A stretch of 64,000 bases of DNA from Octopus sinensis (GCF_006345805.1 NC_043004.1:88040001-88104000), one strand, 5' to 3'. Shown: positions 1-13,664, counted from the first letter of the stretch. Notes: generated by a model from the sequence alone, not told the origin. Translations and numbers: made by a program.

Positions 1-339
1 AAAGGTTCAGTTCCCTGACAGTTTAGTCCTTTCTGTTTGGCGTTCACTACACTCTATGTCTTCAATTTGGGGGATTGACAAAAGGGCGAAGTTTGGTAGA
101 AGGGTCAGAATCAGTATTTTGTAGGTTGCAAAGTGAAGGGGCTGTCCACCCCGGTTGATGCTGTTATGGGAGTCAGCACTTTTGGATCTGCTGTATAAGT
201 AAGCTGTAGGTGTATTGCAGGATAAGAGAAAACTCAAGGGCTGCTCCGGGTTGTTCACACTCTACCTACGTCAATAGGCTTAGTGAGAGAAGGAAGTCTC
301 TTGGACATTACTGTCTTCGGGTCCTAGGAGTCATAGGGC

Positions 340-515
340 CGGTTATTTGGTTTCCTCGATATATAAGTGACCAAGGTGATAACAAGGTAATTGGAGCAAC
401 GTGCAATGAAGTGTTTTGTTCAAGAATAGAACTCACTGGCCGGATTGGGAGTCGAAACCAGGGTCTTGCGATCGCGACGGGAGCACCAGCTTAACCATTT
501 GTCCATACGCCTTCA
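340..515 (-). mobile_element. tRNA-derived SINE fragment (type C head), degenerate
   Basis: Reverse complement resembles the head at 3756 (gaaggcgtatggac..tggttaag..B-box ggtttcgactccc). Confidence 0.55.
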
Positions 516-750
516 AGAGTAGAGAAAAACGCACCGTATTATGGTCAATTTATAAGGCCTTCAAGACCGGGGGAAAAAATTATGTGAATTAATTCTACGT
601 CTCATGGATCATCTGGATCCTCTGCTGGCCAGAGATTTATTCTGAAACCATGTAATATTGTGAGCTGTACTAGTAGGACCATCAATGCAGGACCAAATGG
701 CAGTGTTAAGGTGAGCAACGGAATAAGTCAACTTTTCTGATCTTTTCTTT

Positions 751-960
751 CTCTTTTACTCTTTTACTCGTTTCAGTCATTTGACTGTGGCCATGCTGGA
801 GCACCGCCTTTAGTCGAGCAAATCGACCCCAGGACTTATTCTTTGTAAGCCTAGTACTCATTCTATTAGTCTCTTTGACCGAACCGCTAAGTTACGGTGA
901 CGTAAACACACCAGCATTAGTTGTCAAGCGTTGTTGGGGGACAAACAAAGACACAAACAT
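751..960 (-). mobile_element. SINE type B (OR/CORE-like), 3' half
   Basis: ttttactc tail, gccatgctggagcaccgcc and accgctaagttac motifs shared with the full copy at 48729-49127. Confidence 0.85.
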
Positions 961-1007
961 ATCGACCCCAGTGCGTAACTGGCTACCGAATAACTGTCAC
1001 ATATTAC

Positions 1008-1076
<69 letters not shown>

Positions 1077-1620
1077 AATATATATATATACTCAAAATAA
1101 GCAACAAGAATGACTCTGGTAATTTGGTACGATCGTTTCGTACTACATCATTTTATTAAATGTTGTAAGTATTACAACAGTTTTAAAATGCTGAGCACTC
1201 ATCAGCCAATTATAGAGGTTTCCCATTAATACAAAAGTTTTCATATCAAGTGGCAACATTATAGAGAAGGTAGATACATAGACAAAGATGTGGATTTAAA
1301 TTTTAAGAACATTTGAGGTAGTGGAGCCCATCAACTGACTGACTAAGATTCAGTTGCTCATGACTACTGTAAGGTTCTGAGAACAAATGAAAGGAGACAA
1401 TAAAGATTTTCTAATTATAGAAATGGGGTAAAGGGGATGTCATAGCTCCATATAAGGAATTTATGTAGAAGACAGCATTGTCACAACTAAATGCTAATTA
1501 CTAGTATTTGATGAACAGATTCGGCGTTAGTTGAACTAGTTCAAAGTCAAATGGTTACAATAACATTCACAGAGAATACAGAGACCTTACAAACCCTATG
1601 CATATCATCACAACAGTTGG

Positions 1621-1932
1621 TCTATAAGTCCGAAAGGATGAAAGCCAAAGTCGACCTCGGCGGAATTTGAACTCAGAACGTAACGGCAGACGAAATACCT
1701 ATTTCTTTACTACCCACAAGGGGCTAAACACAGAGGGGACAAACAAGGACTGAAAAGGGATTAAATCGATTATATCGACCCCAGTCCGTAACTGGTACTT
1801 ATTTAATAGACCCCGAAAGGATGAAAGGGAAAGTCGACCTCGGCGGAATTTGAACTCAGAACGTAACGGCAGACGAAATACGGCTACGCATTTCGCCCGG
1901 CGTGCTAACGTTTCTGCCAGCTCTCCGCCTTA
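1621..1932 (-). mobile_element. SINE type A (Meta/MESC-domain-like) with internal tandem unit
   Basis: aaggatgaaaggcaaagtcgacctcggcggaatttgaactcagaacgtaa-type block occurs twice; tRNA-like head at the right end. Confidence 0.88.
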
Positions 1933-2040
1933 AACAATATGAATTATTGAGAAAGCTATTAGGAGGCAGAGTCAGTGAGGACACTAAACTGAAGCTTTAA
2001 TCTTTATGTATGTACAACACCGTTCGCTTTGTCAAATATG

Positions 2041-2480
2041 TTGGTTTCTCTTTCATCGTTTACTCATTGGACTGCAGCCATGTCGGAACAACCGTCTTGG
2101 GGGGTTTGAGTCGAACAAATCGCCCCCAGTAATTATATTTACTTTAAAAAAATCTGGTACGTATTCTATCGGTATCGTTTGCTGCACCGCTAAGTTACGG
2201 GGACTTAAACACACCAACATTGGTTGTCAAGCAATGGTGGGAGTACAAACACAGATACACAAACACAGACACACAGACACAGACACCACACACACACACA
2301 CACACACAACACGTACACACAAACACACACATACGACGGGCCTCTTTCAGTTTCTGTCTACCAAATCCACTCACAAGGCTTTGGTCGGCTCGAGGCTATA
2401 GTAGAAGACACTTGCCCAAGGTGTCGCGCAGTGGGACTGAACCCGGAACGATAAGCAAGCTACTTACCACATAGCCACTC
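2041..2480 (-). mobile_element. SINE type B, near full length
   Basis: Head cttgcccaagg..cagtgggactgaacccggaac, internal (CA)n, 3' cassette. Confidence 0.85.
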
Positions 2481-3041
2481 ACTGGGCAAAATGCTTAGAT
2501 CCGCTATCATCGACCATACCTTGCTGCTTTTACTGTTTATATACTTGATTCTCTCGAATCCTATATATATATATATACACCAAATTCCTTTGCAAGACAT
2601 TGGTCGACTTGAGACTATAGTAGATAACATTTGTCCAAGTTGATGCGCAATGGGACTGAACCTGAAACCTCGTATTTCAAAGCGAGCTTCTGAGCCACAC
2701 AGCTATACCTGCGCCGGCCAGTTTTTTGAGTTAGATTTTTTATAAGATGTATTTCAAGAGTTGTGCTCACAGTGGACGTTTGTCGACCGCAAAGGTATAT
2801 ATCTCTACAAGTGTGTATGTGTAGATGTGAGTGTGTCTGTTTCGTTGAGCATACACATTAAGAAATTCTTCATGCATTGCCATCGTGGTATGATTATGGA
2901 TACGCATACAAATTTTGATAAATATTTAATTGGAGAATTGCAGAGACGTTTCAAGATAAAGAGAAAAACATGAACGCTTACAAACATTGATTTAAACGTA
3001 AAACAATTGAAGAGTAGATTCTCAGACAGTATGTGTGAGTG

Positions 3042-3074
<33 letters not shown>

Positions 3075-3755
3075 GCGTGTCTGTAGAAAGAGAAAGAGAC
3101 AGAGAAAATTAGGGTGAAAGAGAGAGAAAGAGATAGAGAGAATGAGAAAGAAAGAGAGAGAGAGAAAGAAAGAGAAGAATGAGAATTTTAATTGCAACAG
3201 TGACAATACTTTGACATTTAAGTTGTCAGGTTCATAGAGCACAATATTTGAACGTTCTTTAAAATAAAGACAAATTTAAACGGGAAACATTACCGAGAAA
3301 GTGTGTATACACCTAAATGTTTGGGAGCATATATGTGTGTGTGTGTGTGGGCGGGAATATATAAATATGAGAATGGAGAAAGAGAAAGAAGGAGCGTGCT
3401 GAAGACAGAGGCTGAAAAATATAGAGAAAATGGAGGACAATGGAAAGAGGACTTGATATAACCAAACCGACGTTTCTGTATCTCACTAATATTCCTACTC
3501 TAATTGCTATGCTAAGATTTCTGTCCTTACGTTTTTATTTTTATCTCGTCCTATTTTGCGTCAAGGTGGACATCGAATCTCAGATTTTGTTTTGTTCACG
3601 GATGATTTTGAGTTGAATGTGGATCTCTCTGCGAATTTTTGTAAAGATTTGTTCTGAACTGGAATCATTGTTTCAAGTCAAACCAATATATATTTAGAAT
3701 TGTCTTCGCATATATCGGCGTAATTTTTCTTTTGTATCTCGTTATTTTGGAGCGT

Positions 3756-3871
3756 GAAGGCGCGTGGCTTAGTGGTTAGGTCATTCGACTGACGATTGTA
3801 AGGTCGTGAGTTCGATTCCCGGCGATGCGTTGTGTCCTTGAGCAAGATACTTTATTTCCCGTTGCTCCAGT
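3756..3871 (+). mobile_element. tRNA-derived SINE type C head, cut by the gap
   Basis: A-box tggcttagtggttagg, B-box gagttcgattccc, then ccttgagcaag. Confidence 0.8.
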
Positions 3872-3971
3872 NNNNNNNNNNNNNNNNNNNNNNNNNNNNN
3901 NNNNNNNNNNNNNNNNNNNNNNNNNNNNNNNNNNNNNNNNNNNNNNNNNNNNNNNNNNNNNNNNNNNNNNN
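3872..3971. other. Assembly gap (100 N)
   Basis: Run of N. Confidence 1.
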
Positions 3972-4818
3972 TTTTGTCTGTTTTTCCCGGGCGTTTGGCA
4001 TAGTACTTTTCATTGATGGTGTGAATCTTTCGAAGATAGTCAATAAACACAATGCCTTTTGCATCCACCAAAACAGGTCATTACCATTCCTGCTAATGAA
4101 ACGATCTTCACCTTCGGAGCAGGTGAGTAGGGGTGTTTTCACTGCATGGATTGTCTCCTTGTTTCTGGCTCAAAGTGAAGAACCCAACACTCACCTTGGA
4201 TTAGGAAACGTTCAAGGAAACCAGCTGGATTGCCTGAAACACTGTCAGATTTTTTCGCGATGTGATCAGTTCGGTGCGCTTTTGACCAGGTGTTAGAAGA
4301 CGTGGTGTCCACCGAGCAGAAAACTTCGTCATCTCAAGTTTATTGTGCATGATATTGCAAATTCTCTCTTAGGATATGCTAAAGCATTAACCAATCTATC
4401 AACGATCAGCATGTGGTGGATACGATCACTGTTTTCCTCAGTGGTGCCAGAGAGGCAGGACGTCTAGCTGTTGTGTCATCTTCAAGACTTTCCCTTCCTC
4501 TCCTAAATTCAGCTTCCCACATTTGGCTGTTGATATGACTGGAGTAGCATCCCCTAATGTAGCAACCATGTCAACATGAATATCTTTGGGGGCTAAATCC
4601 TTTCCTGTAGGTACTTGATAGCATCACGATGCCAAATTTTGTCCACTTTCTTGAAAAGTCGCTACTTTTGGTGTCTTCTTCGAACAGTCAGATGTGAGTT
4701 TCCTGAACAGAAACAATGCTATTATTAATAAAAAATGCAGAAATTAATGCATGTAAAATCTCACAGTTCTGTCGTCACTCCTTCATAGTCATCATATTAA
4801 CTTTCCAGCCCACTTTCG
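3972..4818 (-). pseudogene. Decayed mariner-family transposon, 5' end to DDD domain
   Basis: Frameshifted frames give MDKIWHRDAIKYLQ and ..DAKGIVFIDYLRKIHTINEKYYA, the latter matching the mariner WDAKGI..DYL..G.TIN..YY motif. A TIR-like end is followed by TA at 4819-4820. Confidence 0.85.
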
Positions 4819-4834
4819 TACATAGTTGCAAGTT

Positions 4835-5427
4835 ATGGGTGTGTGGCGGAGTAGTTCGCTTCCGAAGTACGTGGTTTCAAGTTCATTACCATGGCGCGTC
4901 ACTCTGGGCAAGTGTGTTCGTACTTTTTAATATAGCACCGGGCCAATGGTTTGTTAGCGAATTTGGTAGACTGTGTGGAAGCCAGTTGTGTAATACACAT
5001 ACACGGACACGTATATATATACGCATACGTGCCAGGCGTGGCTGTGTGGTAAGAAGTTTGATTCCCAAACACATGGTTTCGGGTTCAGTCCTACTGCATG
5101 GTATCTTGGGCAAGTGTCTACTATAGCCTCGAGCCGACGACCCGACGAAAGTCTTGTGAGTAGATTTGGTTGACAGAAACTGAAAGAAGCCCGTGGTATA
5201 TATGCATATGTATATATTTGTGTGTTTCTGTCTATATTTGTTCCTCCACCATCGCTTGACAGCTGATGTTGGTGTGTTTACGTCCCTGTAACTTAGTGGC
5301 TCAGCAAAGAAAACCGATAGAATAAGTACCAGGCTTACAAAGTATATAAGTCCTGGAATCGATTTCTTCGATTATCACCCTTTAAGTATGGCTGCAGTTA
5401 AGACACTGAAACAAAAAAGAATAAAAT

Positions 5428-5430
<3 letters not shown>
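4835..5430 (+). mobile_element. SINE type B: partial head plus near-full copy
   Basis: Two heads (about 4836 and 5033), cttgggcaagtgtc core, 3' gactgaaac/aaaagaata tail. Confidence 0.8.
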
Positions 5431-5468
<38 letters not shown>

Positions 5469-5552
5469 GATAACTGAATAATTGAATAAATGAATAATCC
5501 AGCATTAACAACAAAATCTGCTTAATTTCATTTTATTTGATGACATTTGCAT

Positions 5553-5585
<33 letters not shown>

Positions 5586-5874
5586 GCAAATGAAAGACAA
5601 AAGATGGAATATACAAGAATTTATTATTAACCAAGACAATTGTTTCGACACATCTAGCATCGATTCCTCTTGGGTGGGATACTCAACAACTGGTTCAGGA
5701 GCATCCAGTGGTGTAGATGTATCTCGTCGGGTGATAAATAAACACAACTCGTTAAGATGACTGTTCCGCAGCGTGCGTATGTGTGTTGAGTGCTGCTTTG
5801 TATATATGCATATACATACCAAAGCATCTGGATACACAAAACCTCTCATTTCTCCCTCTCTCTGTATATATGTA

Positions 5875-5950
<76 letters not shown>

Positions 5951-5955
<5 letters not shown>

Positions 5956-6257
5956 TGGCAGGGCTGGCTGCTAGGTAGCGGCCAGAATGCTAGAAAAAGA
6001 TCATCAACGATCAAACTACAAGGGAAATTCTCTAGAGGAAGAATTCAGCGACACCAGAACCAACTTTGGCGGGCAGGACATATGAAAAATTAAATAAATA
6101 TTATATTTATTTAATTTTTCATATGTTCCTGCCCGCCAAAGTTGGTTCTGGTGTTCGCTGAATTCTTCCTCTAGAGAATTTCCCTTGTAGTTTGATCGTT
6201 GATGATCTTTTTCTAGCATTCTGGCCGGCTACCTAGCAGGCCAGCCCTGCCAATATA
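5951..6257. repeat. Near-perfect palindrome, about 150-bp arms, centre at 6102
   Basis: 5951-6101 is the reverse complement of 6103-6257 apart from a few single-base indels. Confidence 0.97.
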
Positions 6258-6354
6258 CACATATATTTGAATTTTCTCTGACTCCTCAGATTTTTGAATG
6301 CGGGCTATGGTTTAAATTGATATTAAAATTAATATTAATTTATCTCCTCATTTT

Positions 6355-6398
<44 letters not shown>

Positions 6399-6463
6399 AT
6401 TATATATTATATATAATATTAGATTCATATACATATACATATATTATATGTACATTATTCTAT

Positions 6464-6539
<76 letters not shown>

Positions 6540-6544
6540 ATTCT

Positions 6545-6940
6545 CTCCAACGTCGCCGTGAGCGCTACATCATCTGCATACATCCAAGGCTTGGGCCCCG
6601 TGCCATCCGCCCAAAACAAAAATTGCACTCTCATCTCATAACAACAATACGGCACAATCATTTCACCTCAATTGGCCCCGCTCTCTTTAACATTACACCA
6701 AAACACATTAAAACAGAAACAGACCCTATAGGGTTCAAGAAGTCTTTGGACAGATTCCTTCAGGAGATCCCGGATAAACCCCCTACACCCGGATATGTCT
6801 CTGTAAACAATAACTCTCTACTTGAGTGGGCCATAGTGCCCAAATTCTGACTTGAAAGACTTCACCAGGTGGTGCTATTAAGTTAGACATGGCCTGGGCC
6901 AATAATGGCCGAAACCTATCAAAGTATCAACGTATCAAAG
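6545..6940 (+). mobile_element. 5'-truncated CR1/L2-group LINE, 3' end of ORF2 plus tail
   Basis: Frame ..TIRHNHFTSIGPALFNITPKHIKTETDPIGFKKSLDRFLQEIPDKPPTPGY..NNSLL (stop at 6850) is typical of CR1/L2-like ORF2 C-termini. A tatcaaag/tatcaacg tail merges into (TATC)n. Confidence 0.8.
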
Positions 6941-6982
<42 letters not shown>

Positions 6983-7354
6983 CAATTATAAATAAGGGCA
7001 AAAGAAAAAATTTCTATGCTAATACGCTGAGAAATAGACTTTAAATCGTCAATCTCCACATACAATATACATCATTATAAATACACATCGTGTTGAATCG
7101 AGGAAAGCAAGCTAACCATTTTTTTTTAAATGCGTTATCTCTGTATCGAACGATTTCGGGATTAATCCAACGGATTTTCCGATCATTAACAGAGAATACG
7201 ATAAGAAATAAATAAATACTTACAAGCACCCATGGAAAAAAGCAGAAGCAAGGTCATGTGTACATATAAGTACCCCAAATTTATGTAAAAATAAATTCCG
7301 TAGCAAGCCTCAACACGCGTGTAATTGGTCAGGAACCACAATTTAGAGTGGTCA

Positions 7355-7625
<271 letters not shown>

Positions 7626-7989
7626 ATATGAACAGATATGTATCGGCACAGACAAAGTAGCACTCAATAGATGTGGCTGGTGTTATATGAATCTAACTCA
7701 ATTCCACGTGACTTAAAGGTTTCTCGTGTTCTACACGAGATTGGTATATTGACGTGGTAGGACAGTCAAGACATTGGCGCCAGTTAACCGTCATTTTTAG
7801 GATGTGGCATTTCAGAGACAACGGTTATCACATTTGGAGAAACCCAATTTGATAGTCTTACACATATGCCTGATACTACATCAAATAGTTTCTTCTTTAT
7901 CAACTTCTTCAGTTCTCATTTCTATACGTTTCATCCCTGGAAGTAGCCATGTTATTACTGATATATGCTTGTTGTTTCACTGAAATATC

Positions 7990-8081
7990 TGACGACGATT
8001 TAACTTTCTTTTTTTTCTTTGTTTCTTTACTTTTCTACCATATTTTTTCTTCTCATTCTTTCCTTTCCTTCCTTCTTTCCT

Positions 8082-8115
<34 letters not shown>

Positions 8116-8537
8116 ATTTGTCTGCCAGTCTTTCTCTCTCTACTACTTAATCCTTCTTCCATAGAATTCTTTCCTCTTTTATTTTATTTCGTTTTCTTTG
8201 TTTCTTTATACCATATTTTTCGCATTTTTTGTTTTTCTTTCTTTCCTTTCTTTATTTTTTAACAATTTATTACTATTTCTTTAGCCCTTTTCTCTTTCTT
8301 CTTCTTTCTTCTTTCTCCCACTCTCGCTTTATTTGTGTGTCTGTCATTTTTTCCTTATTTTCTATATTTTTCCTCATTCTTTTTTTATTCTTTTCTTTCT
8401 TTCCTTTCTTTTTTTACCACATTTCTTCTTTATTTCTTTTATCTTTCTTCCCTTCTTTCTTTCTTTCTTTCTTTTCTTTTTCTTCCTTTTTTCTTCATTT
8501 CTCCTTTCTCCTTCCTTCCCTCCATTCCTCCTAAATA

Positions 8538-8568
<31 letters not shown>

Positions 8569-8681
8569 TTCCTTTATCTTTTTTCTTGTTCTCTCTCTTT
8601 CTTTCTTTCTCTCTCTCTCTCTCTGTCTGTTTGCCTTTCTCTTCTATTACTTAATCCTTCTCCCATGGAGATTCTTTCCTT

Positions 8682-8713
<32 letters not shown>

Positions 8714-8830
8714 CATTTAACCATATTTTCTCATTCTTTTTCCTTTCTTTCTTTCTTTCTCTTCCTCCCCCTGTCTGTCTGTCTGTCTGTCTTTCTCTTC
8801 CTATTACTAAGTCCTTCTCCCATAGACATA
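7990..8830. repeat. Polypyrimidine low-complexity tract with a thrice-repeated motif
   Basis: ctattact(t)aa(t/g)ccttct(c/t)ccat(a/g)ga-like motif near 8140, 8645 and 8800. Confidence 0.85.
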
Positions 8831-8990
8831 TTGTCACCTCATTCTGTTCATTCTTTCGTTACTCCGCTGGACACAACTTACCGGAATAAACAAGTTATCT
8901 ATCAAGTTCGGCCAACAAAACTACCCGATATTTCCTCTTGTATACAATTCTACATTCACCGTCGTTCTCTCTCTCACCCTCGCACACCAC

Positions 8991-9035
<45 letters not shown>

Positions 9036-9205
9036 CAATATTCGTCAACAAACTCAACTCCCATGAACATAAACGCAAGTATTTAACGCGTGGAATTTAA
9101 CGAAAAATTTAAATAAAATAAGAGACATTGATTTCTTTTTTCTTATTGTTATTATTATTTATTATCCATTTATTGCTCAGTTTAGTTTTTTTACTGCTTC
9201 TTTAG

Positions 9206-9304
9206 ATGCCACCTTTTCAACCTCCAACGAAGAAGAACGACTTGTTTATCTGACACAGGCCGACCATTTCTTAACATGGCAGGAAGTGGTGAAGAAGGGG
9301 TTAG
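9206..9304 (+). CDS. Candidate 99-bp exon of an unidentified gene
   Basis: Pyrimidine-rich acceptor ttttttactgcttctttag and donor TAG|gtatga. Two frames are open: ATFSTSNEEERLVYLTQADHFLTWQEVVKKGL, or a frame with aacATGG giving MAGSGEEGVR. Confidence 0.4.
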
Positions 9305-9454
9305 GTATGAGAGAAAGTTGTTATTTCGTATCAGAGCGTTGTTATTTGTCTACTTCCAAGAACATTAAAATTTTACTGCAATCGTTTTATTGTTGTTTAC
9401 TTTCTTTGTTCTGCACTTTTCTACGTTATTATTATTATCATTATTATTAATAAA

Positions 9455-9615
9455 TATTTCGTCTGCCGCTACGTTCTGAATTCGAATTCCGCCAAGGTCG
9501 ACTTTGCTTTTCATACTTTCGGGGTCGATAAATTAAGTACCAGTTGCGTACTGGGGTCGATGTGATTGATTATCTCCCTCCTCACAAAAGTCCAATCCTT
9601 GTGCCTATAGTAGAA
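9455..9615 (+). mobile_element. SINE type A fragment
   Basis: gtcgactttgctttcat..ggggtcgataaattaagtaccag. Confidence 0.8.
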
Positions 9616-9619
9616 AGGA

Positions 9620-9733
<114 letters not shown>

Positions 9734-10040
9734 TGTCTTTGTCTCTTTGTTGGTGTGTTTGCAAAATTACTGTAAAATAGCTGAACAGATTTTCACCATA
9801 TTTGACAGAAATATTCATTGGGTGAGAGGTTCGAAATGGTGAACATTTGGTTTGATTCTCTTTAAAAAAGAAAAAAAAAAAAATTATTTTCTTTACTTCC
9901 TTTTTCATATGAGTCGATCCTTGTCTGCGTGTGTATAGATCATGGTGTTCCTTTACGCGTACGAGTTGATTTCTTAATTTCACTGGGGTATAAATATCAA
10001 TAGTGGTGATACTTAAAGAATAAACATTAATTCAGTTCAA

Positions 10041-10782
10041 TTAAAAAGTATGAGGACGGTTCCCGCTGATTCGCATCCAACCTTTACACCAGCCATTTGG
10101 TCCATCAAGGGTAGCACAGCATTCGTCAGTGAACAGAACTGTTGAAAAACCTATCTTCATGTATTCTTCTGCCCATTTCAGTCTCTTCTGCTCATGAACA
10201 ATCTTCAGAGGAGGCCTTGTAACAAGTTTAATATTCCAGGCTACCTGCGTCAAGAGACGACACCTGGTAGTTTGCTATACGTCTTCCCTGCCACAACGTT
10301 TGAAGACTTCTCCACTTGACAGACATGAGTTCTGCGCAACTTCCCTTTTCACACGTGACAAAGTACGATTCGAAGCAACCCTCGACTTACCCTTATCTGC
10401 CCTCGACCAGGCAGAAATAGGAGACTTGCACAAATTTCTACACTGTTCGGTGATCTCTTCCCAGTAATTTTGATATTTCTATATTTTTTTTTTACTTTTC
10501 CAATCTCTGACGCGATGGTAGATTTCTCATTGGAGGAAAGAATCACGTTTCTGACTCATAATGACGCTTAAATTGGACACCTGCCTAATAGGTTGGGATA
10601 GCAGAAATGTTGCTGCTACACGGTAATGGCCGCCATTTGTTTTCGTCCGCACAGATCCGATTTATTTTAACAGAATGTACGCAGATAGGTGTTGCCAACA
10701 GTCGGTGGGAAAACAACTGATTTTGAACGAATATACGTTTATTGAGAGACGGTTGATTTGCCTAATAATATGGAACGCAGTG
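10041..10782 (-). pseudogene. Decayed Tc1-family transposon (5' TIR, HTH region, first catalytic D)
   Basis: ..TRCRLLTQVAWNIKLVTRPPLKIVHEQKRLKWAEEYMKIGFSTVLFTDECCATLDGPNGW. End cactgcgttccatattattaggcaa is flanked by TA at 10783-10784. Confidence 0.88.
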
Positions 10783-10924
10783 TACATACATACATACATA
10801 CATACATACATACATACATACATACATGCATGCATGCATGGCATACATACATACATACATACATACATACATGCACGCATACATACATACATATATATAT
10901 ATATACATATACATACACACATAT

Positions 10925-10970
<46 letters not shown>

Positions 10971-10999
10971 TTAAAGCTACTTCTTTCTTAAAGATATGA

Positions 11000-11076
<77 letters not shown>

Positions 11077-11439
11077 CTCTATCTATCTATCTATCTATCT
11101 CGTTTGTTCCCTTTCACGATTGGATCATATACTGTTCAGGAAAATTGCAGCTTCAGAACATGATTGAGTAAATAGCATCATCAGATATTCTAATAAAATT
11201 GATATTTTTGTATCGAGAACGTCTGCCAGAGTCAACGTCATGACATCGTTCTTATAGATATTGCAGTTATAATCATTAGAATTACTAGTTAATTCCTTCT
11301 TTTCTTTTTTTACTAATATTGCTATATTTATTGCTATCAATTAGGAGGATATTACATGTAATTTACGCGTTGAAGAATATTATAACAACTCAATATTCGT
11401 GTTCAAGATTCGTAATGCTCCATATACATATATACAAAA

Positions 11440-11454
11440 ATGCATACATACATA

Positions 11455-11497
<43 letters not shown>

Positions 11498-11693
11498 AAT
11501 ATATTTTGCATATATATGTATATATATACATGCAAACACATACATATACATGTGTATATATATATGTATATATACATATGTATGTATATCATATATATAT
11601 TTATGTACATATATAAATATATATGTATATCTATATCTATATATCTATACATATACATACATCCACATATATATATATATATATATTATGTAT

Positions 11694-11756
<63 letters not shown>

Positions 11757-11897
11757 TAGCATCGCGAAACTTGAAACACACAAACACATACACATGCATA
11801 TGATATTATATATAAATATAAATATACGCATATTAATATTTATATGAATGTGATATATCCATCTATCCATATTATATATATATAAATATAGATATAA

Positions 11898-11955
<58 letters not shown>

Positions 11956-11958
11956 ATT

Positions 11959-11990
<32 letters not shown>

Positions 11991-12020
11991 CATATTTATA
12001 TATATATATCTATATTTATA
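11440..12020. repeat. (TA)n/(CA)n/(TATG)n low-complexity block
   Basis: Direct reading. Confidence 0.95.
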
Positions 12021-12303
12021 CATCTCATGGCTGTCATATGAATATATCTCAACTACAATCATGTACTACTTGGCAGCAGAAAAGACTATGTACGATGCCT
12101 GCTCTCCTGTTACAGGAGTCGATGATGTCGCCAAGTCGCTTGCAGGCATATACTCCTTGTCTTAAACCTGACACCTTTTACACAGCTTAACATCAAGGGT
12201 GTTTCAGCTAGTGTCTCTCTACTTTCTTTCTCTGCCTCTGTCTCTGTCTCTCTTTCTGCTTCTGCATTTTTCCTCTATCTTTTCCTGTCTCTATAATTTC
12301 CGA

Positions 12304-12590
12304 CAATGTTACAATGTTACAATTTTACAATGTTTCAAAGAGTCAATGTTACAATGTTACAATGTTACAATGTTTCAAAGAGTCAATGTTACAATGTTAC
12401 AATGTTACAATGTTTCAAAGAGTCAATGTTACAATGTTACAATGTTACAATGTTTCAAAGAGTCAATGTTACAATGTTACAATGTTACAATGTTTCAAAG
12501 AGTCAATGTTACAATGTTACAATGTTACAATGTTACAATGTTTCAAAGAGTCAATGTTACAATGTTACAATGTTACAATGTTTCGAAGAG
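12304..12590. repeat. Minisatellite, about 32-bp higher-order unit built of aatgttac 8-mers
   Basis: (aatgttac)2-3 + aatgtttc + aaagagtc, repeated about 8 times. Confidence 0.97.
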
Positions 12591-13664
12591 TCCCGGCTAA
12601 CAACTACCACCAAATCAACTTAAACCGTCAAAAAGACGGCTGTGTTTGGTAGTACATATATAAATACATACAGACACAAATATCAGCATTGACTGTAATA
12701 TACTGTCTTAGAGAAACTTTCTACGTTCGTATATATATTACACACACACACGCACAAACATACACGCACACACATCCACAATCGTGTGCCATAGCATGAA
12801 AAGCCATATCAATATTATGAATATTCTTTCTCAAGACAAGGAATTATTATTTGGAGAACCTATTAAAGCTGCGTCCATACCATTATCTCTTATTATTCGT
12901 GGCTCTCTTTATCTGTTCATGTGTGTTATTTTGTGTGTGTGTGTGTTCTGAGCACACATTGTCGACAACGAAGACGAGCACAAGTAAGGAAGAATGGCAA
13001 AAATAACAGAAGGACCGAGAAATAAGACTGACGATGTTAATCAGGTTTTGTTGTAGAGGATATACCCGTGGTGATATCGGAAATGGATATTTCGTATGTC
13101 TGAATCGAGTTGAATCTCACGGAACTTTCCTACCGATATACAACAAGAAGTAAATATGAAGCCATTACTTACGCAAGAAGAAGAAGGATGTAGTGCGTCA
13201 TGTGAAAAGAACTATATTATTCGTCTGTCTCGAGAAAGACAATAGAAATTTGTACCATTGATCAGACAGGATTTGAGCATCAGCTCAACACGGGAGAGGA
13301 ACCTGTTGTTTTTATTAGTCCGATCAGCTCGAACCAGCACAGCTTTGATCAAAAACATTCCAAATGTGACTATCCTGTATTCTGCTTTTTTTGAGACTAA
13401 ATATCCACAGTGCACTACATTATACGAAACGTCCTTCAAAATATCAAGGTATGATTTTGAAGACTTTTGGGCGCTATTTCTAGAACGTAGAACGACTGTA
13501 TAGAGATATCTCTGTCATACCTATCATTGGCTTGAATTACACCACCACCACTACCCCCCCCCCCACCAACAACAACCACAACGGCAGCAGCCACAACAAA
13601 AGTTATGTCATAGTTTCTCGTGGCTGAATGATTAAATGTATCATTTTCTTGACAGATGAATATA

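Noticed and set aside
1-258. 83-aa minus ORF with an NSINR motif, possibly the end of a Penelope GIY-YIG domain
   Set aside because: Too short and degenerate to assign, and cut by the window edge.
633-710. Open 78-bp exon-like segment (RFILKPCNIVSCTSRTINAGPNGSVK) with AAG|gtgagc donor
   Set aside because: Weak acceptor, no recognisable homology, and not frame-compatible with 9206 as a coding exon.
3756-3830. tRNA-like A/B boxes here and at other SINE heads
   Set aside because: No acceptor stem or cloverleaf, and they continue into SINE bodies, so they are not tRNA genes.
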